Assembly: GCA_965242925.1 (NCBI GenBank)
Contig: CBDEUM010000029.1
Span: 352,001 to 416,000 of the forward strand
DNA from: Roseibacillus sp.
GTDB lineage: Bacteria > Verrucomicrobiota > Verrucomicrobiia > Verrucomicrobiales > Akkermansiaceae
Direction: 5' to 3'
Length of the DNA: 64,000 nucleotides
The translations under genes and the position numbers were made by a program. Below the pieces are notes generated by a model. The model was not told the origin of the DNA. It saw only the letters and a program-made list of their open reading frames with translations, and ran no database searches. Position 1 is the stretch's first letter. Each line of letters opens with the position of its first letter. Positions 37,741 to 46,902 of the stretch are shown piece after piece.

Positions 37741-39939
37741 ATGAAACACGTGGTTCTTGGAGTGTCTGCCCTATTGGGCGTGATCGCCGTGGGGTTCGCC
37801 CAGGTGAATCCACCGGTTGTGGATAGGCCGGTGGAGGCTGGTCTGGAGGAGAGCTTCGAGGGTAAGGTGGTTGAGATCGAAGTGGGCGGGAAGAGTCTGA
37901 TGGATCTCCGCAAGTTTGAGGTGTGGACGAACACCCTGGGCCGGGTGGAGAAGGAAAAGGCCCGGGCGGTGGTCTTCCGGATCGATGCCCTGGAGGGCTA
38001 TCTGCCCGAGACGGAAAAACTGATGGGACAGGTGGCAAACCTCTCGGTGCCGAGCTATGCGCTGATCGAGGGGAAGGCCCTCGGAGCGGGAGCGCTTCTC
38101 GCTCTGGCCACTCAGACGATCTACATGACTCCGGAGTCCCTGATCGGGGGAGCGGGCTTGTTGGCTGGGGAAGACGGGGGAGACGAAACGGAACGGCAGC
38201 AACGTGATAGCCTCATGCTTGCCAAGATCCGGACGGTGGCCGGCAAACAGGGACATGCCATGGCCCTGATCCAGGCCATGCTGGAGGCTTCTGAGCAGCA
38301 GCGCCGCTTTGGTGATCTGGTCGTTCCCAAGGGGACGATTCTGACCCTGACGGCGCAGGAGGCTGTTTCGCAGGTGGAGGGAAAGGCCCTTCTTGCTGCG
38401 GGACAGGTCAGGGACGTGGCGGAACTGCTCGGGGAGGCGGGGCTGTCCGGGGCGGCAGTGGTAAAGGGAGCACGCCAATCCACCGCTGCCGTGAATAGGC
38501 CCGCCCCTGCCGAACTGGCGGAGGCTTCGGGGGAGGAGACCGTGGAAGAGAAGAGCCAGAACGACCTGCCGGGCAAGCTGAAGGAGGAGACCTTCAAGGG
38601 CAAGCTGGTGGTGTTGAAGGTGGGACGGGAAGATTTGATCAACAAGCAGAGCTTCAGGTTCTGGCGAAGGATGCTGCGACGGGCGGAAGACGAGAAGGCG
38701 CGGGCAGTTCTCTTCGATCTGGATACTCCCGGAGGCTATGCCTACGAGACCAAGGAGATCATGTCGGAAATCACGCGCCTGAAGATTCCCTGCTACGCTT
38801 TTGTGAATGAAAACGCCTTGAGCGCAGGGGCCCTCATGTCTGTGGCGACGGATGGAATCTATATGAGTCCGGAGGGCACAATCGGCGCTGCAGGCATCGT
38901 GAGTGGTAGCGGAGCGGAGATTGGGGACATGATGCGCAAGAAGCTCCATAGCGCCTTCGAGGCACAGATTCGCAGCGTGGCGGAGAAGAAAGGGTACGAT
39001 CCCGAGCTAATCCGGGCCATGATGATTCCGGAGGACCGGGACCGGGTCTTTGGAGCGGTGGTGGTCAGGGCCGGAGAACTGCTTACTCTCACCGCCAGCG
39101 AGGCGACTTCTCTGCGGGATGGTAAAACTCTACTGGCCAAGGCGGTGGCAGGCAGCATCGAGGAAATTGCGGAACTGGAGGGGATGGAAGGCGTTTCTAT
39201 CGTGCGGGCCGAAGCCACGGCCTTTGAGAACTTCGCCTGGTGGGTGTCGAAATGGTCTTTCCTTCTCATCCTGGTCGGCATGGCGGCCGCCTACGCTGAA
39301 CTGAAGGCTCCGGGATTCGGGGTAGGCGGAGCGATCTCTCTTCTTGCCTTTGGAATGTTCTTCTTTGGGAATTACATGGCGGGCAACCTGGCAAACTACG
39401 AACTGGTTGCGCTCTTTTTCCTGGGAGTGATCCTGGTGGCGGTGGAACTCTTCCTCATTCCGGGAACGGGGGTGACGGGAATTCTGGGGGTGTTGTGCAT
39501 GCTCGGGGCACTCCTTCTCGGAACGGTGGACAAGATTGACTGGAACGACTGGAAGTTGGGCGAGTTCTCGGGCAACCTCGTGGATCTGCTGCGCGGGCCG
39601 GCTCTCACCCTTGGAGCAGGTCTTCTGGGCGGCTGCACCCTGATTCTCCTGCTCATGCGCTTCCTGCCCGATACAGCCATCTTTCGTGCTCTCATCGCGA
39701 AGCAGGAACTGGCCGGCGGAGCTTCCCTTGAGGATGAGGCCGCGGTGGCGGGATCCGGGAAGCGGGTGGGCTGGACCGGTGAGGCTCTCACAGACTTGCG
39801 TCCGTCCGGTAAGGCGGTTTTGTCAGGAGAGGAATTCGACGTGGTGGCGGATGGGGCGTTCATCAGAAAAGGAGCGAAGGTGAGGGTCCTTGAACAGGAC
39901 GGCATGAGGATCGTAGTGGGCGAAATCGATTCCGCATAG
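37741..39939 (+). CDS. NfeD family membrane protein with two tandem ClpP-like domains
   Basis: Two domains (ARAVVFRIDALEG..ALGAGAL and ARAVLFDLDTPGG..ALSAGAL), TM region ELKAPGFG / ELFLIPG, C-terminal OB fold TDLRPSG..DVVADG. Confidence 0.88.
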   Translation: MKHVVLGVSALLGVIAVGFAQVNPPVVDRPVEAGLEESFEGKVVEIEVGGKSLMDLRKFEVWTNTLGRVEKEKARAVVFRIDALEGYLPETEKLMGQVANLSVPSYALIEGKALGAGALLALATQTIYMTPESLIGGAGLLAGEDGGDETERQQRDSLMLAKIRTVAGKQGHAMALIQAMLEASEQQRRFGDLVVPKGTILTLTAQEAVSQVEGKALLAAGQVRDVAELLGEAGLSGAAVVKGARQSTAAVNRPAPAELAEASGEETVEEKSQNDLPGKLKEETFKGKLVVLKVGREDLINKQSFRFWRRMLRRAEDEKARAVLFDLDTPGGYAYETKEIMSEITRLKIPCYAFVNENALSAGALMSVATDGIYMSPEGTIGAAGIVSGSGAEIGDMMRKKLHSAFEAQIRSVAEKKGYDPELIRAMMIPEDRDRVFGAVVVRAGELLTLTASEATSLRDGKTLLAKAVAGSIEEIAELEGMEGVSIVRAEATAFENFAWWVSKWSFLLILVGMAAAYAELKAPGFGVGGAISLLAFGMFFFGNYMAGNLANYELVALFFLGVILVAVELFLIPGTGVTGILGVLCMLGALLLGTVDKIDWNDWKLGEFSGNLVDLLRGPALTLGAGLLGGCTLILLLMRFLPDTAIFRALIAKQELAGGASLEDEAAVAGSGKRVGWTGEALTDLRPSGKAVLSGEEFDVVADGAFIRKGAKVRVLEQDGMRIVVGEIDSA

Positions 39940-40147
39940 GGGGCCTGCCGCCCCGCCGGTTGTGACCAGTCTGCAGGGGCTGGTCGCGGCTTCCTTGCGA
40001 TAACGCAAAGCAGTTATGGTAACCGCATTGAGACACAAGATTGCATTGCGCAGGCGGTTATTTGAGTGAGGGTAATTAATGTCAGGAGTTTTGAATAAGG
40101 AACGCTGTTTCCCGTCGAACAATTAACGCCACACCATTTTGATTAGT

Positions 40148-40318
40148 ATGAAAATTCGCCAGAAAGCCACCGAAGGAGAAAGCCGCGAACTGCTGCTCAA
40201 GGAATATTTTCTGAATGCCTATCTGATCGCTTTACTCAAGCAGGTTGGCAAGGGAGTGCGCTGTTGCTCGGAAGAAGAAAACGAGCAGTTTGCACGACGG
40301 GTCGCCGAGCACAACTAG
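40148..40318 (+). CDS. Possible small protein, 56 aa (below ORF-track cutoff)
   Basis: MKIRQKATEGESRELLLKEYFLNAYLIALLKQVGKGVRCCSEEENEQFARRVAEHN*; fills an otherwise empty gap after an AT-rich tract. Confidence 0.45.
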   Translation: MKIRQKATEGESRELLLKEYFLNAYLIALLKQVGKGVRCCSEEENEQFARRVAEHN

Positions 40319-40466
40319 GCTCGGTCACGGACATGCCGAGATCGCCGGATTTTCAGGAGCCGGCAAAGTGGCCTTGTGGGTTTGGCCGCTTTGCCGGTTT
40401 GTCTGTTCTGGGGAGAGTGGTGCGGGGCCACTAACAGGGAACCTGGTCTCCGGTCCGTTCCGGGGC

Positions 40467-41108
40467 TCATGGTCCGGGGGTCGACGGTGGGGGGCGCCGG
40501 AAGATCGCGATGTGCCGGTCGATCGATTTGCCCGGGGCTTCTGAAAGCTTCCGGGAGCGGGGATTGCGGTGGTCAGCGATCTTGACCGCGCCCAGGTCGG
40601 TGAGTTTCCGGCAGGCTAGCTCGTGCTCCACATCGAAATAGGATGTGAGGACAAAGAGGCCGTCATCGCTGAGCTGACGAAGTGCGCCCTCGAACATACG
40701 CTCCCAGAGGACGGGGTCGTTCCAGAAATTCTGGTGGCGCATGAAAGTGATATCAAAGCGCTCGCTGGATGACATGGCTGCGAGGAAGCGCTTGCCATCT
40801 TCGACATGGAATCGCGTCTGCAGGTCGCTTTCCTTCTCGGTTCTCCAGCGCAGGCTGGCTTCCTCGATCTCCGCCGAGCGGATGTCGGCTCCCACGATTT
40901 CCAGGCGCTCCGCATCCCTGCCGAAGACATCAGCCAGCACGCCGGTCTCGTCAGCCCGGCCGCAGGCCAGATTAAGGATGCGTTGCTCCGTTCCCGCTTT
41001 GTTCACGCCGGGAATCCCGGCGAGGGTTGTCTCAAGAGCCCTCCTGAGCACGGACATGTCTTCCGGCAGGCCTGCGGAGTGAAAGGGCGTGTTGGGGTTG
41101 AGGGGCAC
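40467..41108 (-). CDS. Class I SAM-dependent methyltransferase-like protein (start uncertain)
   Basis: RILNLACG, VGADI, FHVEDG, FDITF, L..DGLFV. Confidence 0.75.
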   Translation of the reverse strand: MPLNPNTPFHSAGLPEDMSVLRRALETTLAGIPGVNKAGTEQRILNLACGRADETGVLADVFGRDAERLEIVGADIRSAEIEEASLRWRTEKESDLQTRFHVEDGKRFLAAMSSSERFDITFMRHQNFWNDPVLWERMFEGALRQLSDDGLFVLTSYFDVEHELACRKLTDLGAVKIADHRNPRSRKLSEAPGKSIDRHIAIFRRPPPSTPGP

Positions 41109-41200
41109 GACGGTGCGATTAAAAGGTTCTCTCCTCGTGATTCAAGAGTTGAGTTGGGCCCTTCATTCTGTAAGGCCTCTGGGACATCGTCCCGGTCTTC

Positions 41201-42349
41201 ATGCCTAACCAAACATCCGGCCAACAGCTCCCGCAGGAATCTGCCGCCATCGTGCGCGGTATTGCCGACCAGTTCGCGATCGAGGGCCGGTATGTGGAGG
41301 GGGAAGAGGTGAAGAGCGGCCACATCAACTCGACCTACCTTGTGACCTACGAACTGGAGGGTGGCGAGTGTCGGCGCTACATCCTGCAGCGCATCAATGA
41401 GAAGGTCTTCAAGGATCCCCTGGCCGTGATGCGCAACGTGGAGTGTGTGACCTCCCACATCAACTGGAAGGTGTTACGCAGGAAGCAGAACCTCGGAGGA
41501 CAGACTCTGAGCCTCTACCCGCACAAGACCGGACGCTTTTATGGTCACGGTGAGGGAGGCGGGATCTGGCGCTGCTACAACTACTTAGAGGGTTGCCGGA
41601 CCTACGATGTGGTGGGGAACACCCGGCAGGCCTTCGAGGCCGGGCATGCTTTTGGGGCCTTCCAGAATCTGGTCAGCGATCTGCCCCCAGCCGAGATTGT
41701 AGAGACCATTCCCAATTTTCACGATACGCCACGGCGATACCGGGCCCTCATGGAGGCGGTGGAACGGGACTCCTGCGGACGGGTGGCCGAGGTGGAGATG
41801 GAGTTGGAGTTCGTCCGCCGGAACGAGGATGTGCTCGATCGGCTTCTCAGGCTCAGGGAGGAGGGATCCCTTCCCCTGCGCATCACCCACAACGACACTA
41901 AGATCAACAACGTTCTCTTCGATGTGGAGACGGACGAAGCGGTTTGCGTGATCGATCTCGACACGGTCATGCCGGGGCTCAGTCTGTATGACTTTGGAGA
42001 CCTGGTTCGCACCGCTACAAACCCGGCCGCGGAAGACGAGCGTGATCTCGGGAAGGTGGAAATGAGCATCAGGGTGTTCGAGTCCCTTGTGGAAGGTTAC
42101 CTCGACGCGGCGGGGAAAGTTCTCAACGAGACTGAGATCGGACAAATGGCCTTTGCGGGTCGACTCATCTCCCTCGAACTCGGGATGCGCTTTCTGACCG
42201 ACCACCTCGATGGCGACCGCTACTTCCGTGTCCACCGGGAGAACCAGAATCTTGACCGTGCCCGGACGCAGTTGTGCCTCGCCCGGCAGATTGCGGAGCA
42301 AGAGGAGGAGATGAACAGGTTTGTTCTCAAGGTGGCGAGAGCCGGGTGA
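41201..42349 (+). CDS. Aminoglycoside phosphotransferase-fold kinase (N-acetylhexosamine 1-kinase-like)
   Basis: GHINSTY, YILQRIN, ETIPNFH, RITHNDTKINN, VIDLDTVMPG, RFLTDHL. Confidence 0.88.
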   Translation: MPNQTSGQQLPQESAAIVRGIADQFAIEGRYVEGEEVKSGHINSTYLVTYELEGGECRRYILQRINEKVFKDPLAVMRNVECVTSHINWKVLRRKQNLGGQTLSLYPHKTGRFYGHGEGGGIWRCYNYLEGCRTYDVVGNTRQAFEAGHAFGAFQNLVSDLPPAEIVETIPNFHDTPRRYRALMEAVERDSCGRVAEVEMELEFVRRNEDVLDRLLRLREEGSLPLRITHNDTKINNVLFDVETDEAVCVIDLDTVMPGLSLYDFGDLVRTATNPAAEDERDLGKVEMSIRVFESLVEGYLDAAGKVLNETEIGQMAFAGRLISLELGMRFLTDHLDGDRYFRVHRENQNLDRARTQLCLARQIAEQEEEMNRFVLKVARAG

Positions 42350-43618
42350 TCAGGTGCCAGTCCGCTCCAGGGTGGCCACACATTCAAGGTGCCTTGTTTG
42401 AGGGAAGAGATCGAAAGGCTGGACCGTGCGCAGGGCGTATCCCCGGGCGTTGAACTCCTTCAGATCTCGGATCTGGGTGGCGGGATTGCAGGAGACGTAG
42501 ATTATCCTGTGCGGAGCGTAAGCGAAGAGTTGCTCCAGAAACTCCGGGCCACAGCCCTTGCGCGGAGGATCAATCACAACCGAGGTTTCTGCAGCCGGGA
42601 ATGGGATCTGCTCGAAGACGTGTTCGGCGGAAGCGGTCAGGATAGTGACATTGTGGAGCTCGTTGTGGTTTGCATTCTGGCGGGCCCAGTCGGCCGAAGA
42701 CTCGGAGACCTCCACTCCGGCCACCGCCTCGAAGTGCCGGGCAAGGGAGAGGGCGAAGAGGCCGGAACCACAGTAGGCGTCCACCAGAAAGCGGCTGTCG
42801 ATCGCGGCTTCCGTCGCCACGTAGTCGACAAAGGCGGGCAGAATAAAGGGGTTGTTCTGAAAGAAATCGCCTGCCAGGAAGCGAATGTTGATCTCACCCA
42901 CCCGTTCTTCCACTACTTCGCGCGGATTGGTATGAACGCCGCCGGCGGTTGCACGGAGGAGCAAGGTCGCCCCTTTCCTGAACTTCCCCTGGGAGGCAGT
43001 CTGGTGAATGCGGGTACGCTCGACTGGCAGGGCTTGGTTGAGTTCCGGCATTGCGATGGAACAGCGTGGGACGTCGACGATCCTGTTACGTGATCCCACC
43101 GCCAGAAAACCGATGTTGAGATCCCGGTCAGGGCGCGGCTTCTGGAAGTGAGGCGTGATCTTGGAACGGTAGTGCCACGGCTCGGGAGAGGGAACGGGTT
43201 CTTCAATTGGATGGTCGATTCCTGCCATGTGCTGCAGGAGTTCGCCAACCTGCCGACGCTTCCAGCGAAGCTGTTCCTGGTAGTCGAGATGCTGGTACTG
43301 ACACCCGCCGCAGGTGGTGAAGAGAGGACAGCGTGGCTCCTGACGACTGGGACTGGGATCAAGGATCTCCAGCAGGTCAGCATGTGAACAACTGGCTTCG
43401 TTCTTCCAGATGCGGGCCCGCACCCGTTCGCCGGGCAGGCAGAACGGGACGAAGATGACCCAGCCCCCTTCGCTTTGCGCGTCCGGTGGGGTCGTTCTGT
43501 CGATTCGACCCAGGCCCATTCCCAGGTTGGAAAGGGAATCGATTTCAAGTTCGATGACCTCATGGTAGGCAAAAGGTTCCGGCCTGAAGTGTTTAGGGGC
43601 TTTTTTTTTCTCGGGCAT
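42350..43618 (-). CDS. RlmD/TrmA family RNA m5U methyltransferase with TRAM domain
   Basis: CPLFTTCGGC, FFQNN, DAYCGSG, DPPRKG, YVSCNP, DLFPQTRHLE. Confidence 0.93.
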   Translation of the reverse strand: MPEKKKAPKHFRPEPFAYHEVIELEIDSLSNLGMGLGRIDRTTPPDAQSEGGWVIFVPFCLPGERVRARIWKNEASCSHADLLEILDPSPSRQEPRCPLFTTCGGCQYQHLDYQEQLRWKRRQVGELLQHMAGIDHPIEEPVPSPEPWHYRSKITPHFQKPRPDRDLNIGFLAVGSRNRIVDVPRCSIAMPELNQALPVERTRIHQTASQGKFRKGATLLLRATAGGVHTNPREVVEERVGEINIRFLAGDFFQNNPFILPAFVDYVATEAAIDSRFLVDAYCGSGLFALSLARHFEAVAGVEVSESSADWARQNANHNELHNVTILTASAEHVFEQIPFPAAETSVVIDPPRKGCGPEFLEQLFAYAPHRIIYVSCNPATQIRDLKEFNARGYALRTVQPFDLFPQTRHLECVATLERTGT

Positions 43619-43689
43619 TCGTTCGTGCGCTTCAGGTTGCCAGAGGGGAATCGGACGATTACAATGTGCTGGAATTCGTCATGATGACA

Positions 43690-44097
43690 ATGAAAGCGAA
43701 CCTTGCCATTTGCGTATCCGCTCTCGTTTCCGCCTCCTTCGCTGCTGCCGAAATCGTCGAAGAGGAGACATGGTATAGCGCGGCAGGAAAGATCGTCAAG
43801 ACGGTGAAGCGGACTCTGACAGGAGCTGAGGTCCGGAGAACCCAATCGCCGGCCTGGGAGCCGGCCTGGGTCATCCGTGAGCGCGGGCGCAGCTCAAGGG
43901 GGAACTTCACCTCCAGACCTGTCCACCGTTATTTTCGCAGGAGTTGTCAGTCCCCCCGTTCTTATCCCTACGGGCTCGGGGTTTTTCCGCGGGTTTACCG
44001 CGGTGGGCCGGGATGGTATCTCCAGACTGGGAATAGGGGAAGATACCGGGCCCTGGGCTACTGTCCCCCACAACTCAATCTCTTCATTGGCCGCTAG
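43690..44097 (+). CDS. Hypothetical secreted protein with Arg/Tyr/Gly-rich tail
   Basis: Signal peptide MKANLAICVSALVSASFAAA-E; occupies the gap between opposite-strand genes. Confidence 0.6.
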   Translation: MKANLAICVSALVSASFAAAEIVEEETWYSAAGKIVKTVKRTLTGAEVRRTQSPAWEPAWVIRERGRSSRGNFTSRPVHRYFRRSCQSPRSYPYGLGVFPRVYRGGPGWYLQTGNRGRYRALGYCPPQLNLFIGR

Positions 44098-44118
44098 GGC
44101 CTTTTCGTGATCCTGCAG

Positions 44119-44382
44119 TTAGTTGTCCGGTGCGGGCTCGGGAGCAGGGGTGGGTTCGGGAGCGGGTCCGGATCCGGGAAGGGATGTGGTGACCTCGGGC
44201 GAGCGGAAGGGATCTTTCGGGGGGATGGAGGAATGGGGAACGTTCTTGTTTGCCACGGACTTCTGTCCGGCCTCGACCAGGGGGAATTCCCACTCTCCGG
44301 TGTTCCTGCTACCGGTGGTGCAGGCACAGAGCATGAAGAGCAACCCTGCCCCGGCGATTGCGAGTCTGATCTTGTTGTTCAT
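44119..44382 (-). CDS. Small putative lipoprotein with Pro-rich tail
   Basis: MNNKIRLAIAGAGLLFMLCAC lipobox-like; ends GPAPEPTPAPEPAPDN. Confidence 0.6.
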   Translation of the reverse strand: MNNKIRLAIAGAGLLFMLCACTTGSRNTGEWEFPLVEAGQKSVANKNVPHSSIPPKDPFRSPEVTTSLPGSGPAPEPTPAPEPAPDN

Positions 44383-44446
44383 GGGGAAAGAGAGCAGAGA
44401 AGCTGCCCAGAATCCCATCTCTATTGCAACCGGATTCTTGGATTGC

Positions 44447-45457
44447 TCAAGACCTGTTGAGCTGACGGAGCCAGCGCGTGATATCGGCAAGAACCCGTTC
44501 CCTCTGATGATCATAAAAGAGCAGGTGATAGCTCTCCGGATAATAGTGACGCTTTACCCGTGCGCCCGGTGAAAACCGCCCGGCGAAGGTTTTCACATCG
44601 TCGGGACGGGAAAAGATGTCATGTCCGCCGTGCAGGAGCAGGACGGGCAAATCGATCCGGGAGGCTTGTTCCGTAGAGGTTTCAATCATGGTGCCCAGAG
44701 TGTAAAGGAGGCGCATGGTGAAGGCGGAGACATGGTAGGGGTTGGTCTGGGCCTGCTCCTGGTGAACCACGTCCCTGATGACGCGCACTTCATTCTCTCC
44801 CGACAGGGTTTCCAGGGAGATCTTCCACCGGGGAAAGAGACTTGCTCCCCAGCGCAGGACCGTTCGCTTCCACTGCGGGAAGTCGTCATGAATGCGGGTG
44901 ATGGGAGAGGAGAGGATCAGGGCATCGCAGGGTGATTGTTTCTTCGAAGAGCAGGTTGCCGCCGCATGGAGTGCGATGAGAGCCCCCATGCTCTCTCCAC
45001 ACCATACGATGCGTGTCCCGGGGTGTTCTCGACGGACAAGGCGAGTGAAGGTGTTGAAGTCGTTGAACCAGTCCTGCCTGTCGTGAATGTCTCCCTTGCG
45101 CGAGGTGGTCGGGTCATTGCCCTGCCCGCGCAGGTCGGGAGCATAGACCGCGGCCCGGGAGTAGTGCTCCTGCAGGTACTTGCCGAGAACACTCAGGTCG
45201 GTGGACGCACCCGCGATCCCATGGAACCCCACCACCACCAGAGAGGGTGGACGCCCGTCGCGGGGGAGCCACTTGCAGTAGGGGAACCGGTCACCGTCGA
45301 ACGAGGTAAAGGTCGACTCTTCGAGGGTCGGCTGGGTAACGGCGCAGGACGCCGGTCCGTGAGGCGGAGTCCTTGCAGGAGAGCGGGAAGCACAACCGGA
45401 GAGCTCAAGGCAGGCCAATGCCACCATGGATAGCAGGAGCGATAATCTGACAGACAT
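44447..45457 (-). CDS. Alpha/beta hydrolase (lysophospholipase-like), probable lipoprotein
   Basis: LSGC lipobox, FHGIAG, DLRGQG, GESMG nucleophile elbow, HGGHD, YHLL. Confidence 0.88.
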   Translation of the reverse strand: MSVRLSLLLSMVALACLELSGCASRSPARTPPHGPASCAVTQPTLEESTFTSFDGDRFPYCKWLPRDGRPPSLVVVGFHGIAGASTDLSVLGKYLQEHYSRAAVYAPDLRGQGNDPTTSRKGDIHDRQDWFNDFNTFTRLVRREHPGTRIVWCGESMGALIALHAAATCSSKKQSPCDALILSSPITRIHDDFPQWKRTVLRWGASLFPRWKISLETLSGENEVRVIRDVVHQEQAQTNPYHVSAFTMRLLYTLGTMIETSTEQASRIDLPVLLLHGGHDIFSRPDDVKTFAGRFSPGARVKRHYYPESYHLLFYDHQRERVLADITRWLRQLNRS

Positions 45458-45565
45458 GAGATGCTGTGAGGATATGTCCAGGGAGGAGAGGTGCGATCTG
45501 GAATGGGCAATGGGGCATGCCTGCCGGCCTCAGTGAGGTCCGACGACTCGCCCGCCAGAAGCGTC

Positions 45566-45678
45566 CACCCTGGATGGACAGGGTGTAAATCTCCCGATCA
45601 TTGGAAGGGAAACAGGCGCTGCTGGTTGCAGCGCCTGGTAGATTAATTGTCCAGTTGACGTCTGAGGGAGATGCACCC
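45566..45678. ncRNA. Candidate structured RNA (extended hairpin), unassigned
   Basis: Nested complementary segments GGGTGT/GCACCC, ATCTCCC/GGGAGAT, TGGA/TCCA, CAGGCGCTGC/GCAGCGCCTG in an intergenic gap. Confidence 0.4.
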
Positions 45679-45684
45679 GGCGAT

Positions 45685-46803
45685 CTACTTGGACTTGGGA
45701 AGGGCCTTGCCGGGTTTTACCGGGACAGGAAGTTTGGGAGGATCGGGTTGCTTGGCCGGGGCGGTTGGAATGCGCACCGGCGGAGAAACGGCACGGGCCC
45801 TGGGCTTCCCAGTGGATGGAGCAGGAGCCTTGCCCGTTCCAGGATTGACGGGAACCCGCACAGGCGGGGACACCGCCTTGGCGCCGGGACGTCCCGGAAC
45901 CCGGACAGGAGGCGAGACCGAGCGACCGGAGGGCGTGGGTCGGGCAAGCGGACGCGAGGGCGGCTTGGGCAGGTCCTTCAGCTCAGCCAGCTCGAGTTCA
46001 AAGATGAGCGTACTGTTGGGACCAAGGGTGGCGCTGCGGCGGTTCTCCTTGTAGGCGAGTTCGGCCGGGATGAAGAGCTTCCACTTCGATCCCACCGGCA
46101 TCTGGGTGAGAGCTTCCCTGAACCCCGCGATCACGTTGAGGGACATGGGTGCGGGCTTGCCTTTGGAAGAATCGAATTCCGTTCCGTCGATGAGGGTGCC
46201 GCGATAGATGGTCATAAATTGCTTGGTGGGGCGCTGCCCTGGAGCGGGTGCGGGGTAGACCTCACCTTCGCCTTTCTTGAGGATCTCGTACTGCAGTCCG
46301 CTCTTGGAGGTGATGATCCCCTCGCGTTTCTTGTTTTCGGCGAGGAATTGTTCTCCAGCCACCTTGTTCTCTACCGCGATTTTCTTTTCACGCTCCTTGA
46401 TGACGAGGCTCAACTGGTTGAGAGCCTCGTTGATCTTTTCCTGGTCGATCTTGGAATCCTTGAGTTCGAGGGCGTCAAAGAGGCCCTTGAGGAATTGCTC
46501 GCGGTCGATGTCCTCCATCTGGAGTCCGAAGCGACCGGTCTGGTTGGTGAAAGTGCGGCCGTTACGGTAACCGAACCCGTAAGAGGTCATGGTACGGATC
46601 TCCTTGGAGTCCATCGTGATCTTGGGCTCTTCCAGTTTTGCCGGGTTTGTGGGGCCTGCCGGAGCAGGTTTGGGTTGATTCTTGGGGGTCTCCTTGGCGG
46701 CTTCAGCCTTCTTGCCGGGCAGGGTGGGAGAATCCTGGGCTGAGAGCGCTCCAGTGAAAAGAAGGCCAGCGCCCAGGAATGCGGCAATGATGGTGATTTT
46801 CAT
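45685..46803 (-). CDS. FKBP-type peptidyl-prolyl isomerase (FkpA/Mip-like) with Pro-rich tail
   Basis: Signal peptide; SYGFG, SGLQYEIL, YRGTLIDGTEFDSS, VIAGFREAL, LFIPAELAY, LIFELEL. Confidence 0.92.
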   Translation of the reverse strand: MKITIIAAFLGAGLLFTGALSAQDSPTLPGKKAEAAKETPKNQPKPAPAGPTNPAKLEEPKITMDSKEIRTMTSYGFGYRNGRTFTNQTGRFGLQMEDIDREQFLKGLFDALELKDSKIDQEKINEALNQLSLVIKEREKKIAVENKVAGEQFLAENKKREGIITSKSGLQYEILKKGEGEVYPAPAPGQRPTKQFMTIYRGTLIDGTEFDSSKGKPAPMSLNVIAGFREALTQMPVGSKWKLFIPAELAYKENRRSATLGPNSTLIFELELAELKDLPKPPSRPLARPTPSGRSVSPPVRVPGRPGAKAVSPPVRVPVNPGTGKAPAPSTGKPRARAVSPPVRIPTAPAKQPDPPKLPVPVKPGKALPKSK

Positions 46804-46902
46804 GGTCTTTGGTGGAATGGGGGGTGGACGATAGGGGCGTCTTGGAGAGCTGTCGAGCGAAAGGGTGGATTGTTCGGAACACGGAGCCTCTGGCAAGGGC
46901 TG

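Noticed and set aside
41201..42349. Aminoglycoside resistance gene
   Set aside because: Motifs fit the widespread sugar-kinase-like branch of the APH fold; housekeeping context with no mobility signs
45581..45678. Assignment of the hairpin as SRP RNA or canonical 6S RNA
   Set aside because: No SRP GNRA loop or conserved internal-loop motif, and shorter than a typical 6S RNA; kept only as an unassigned candidate
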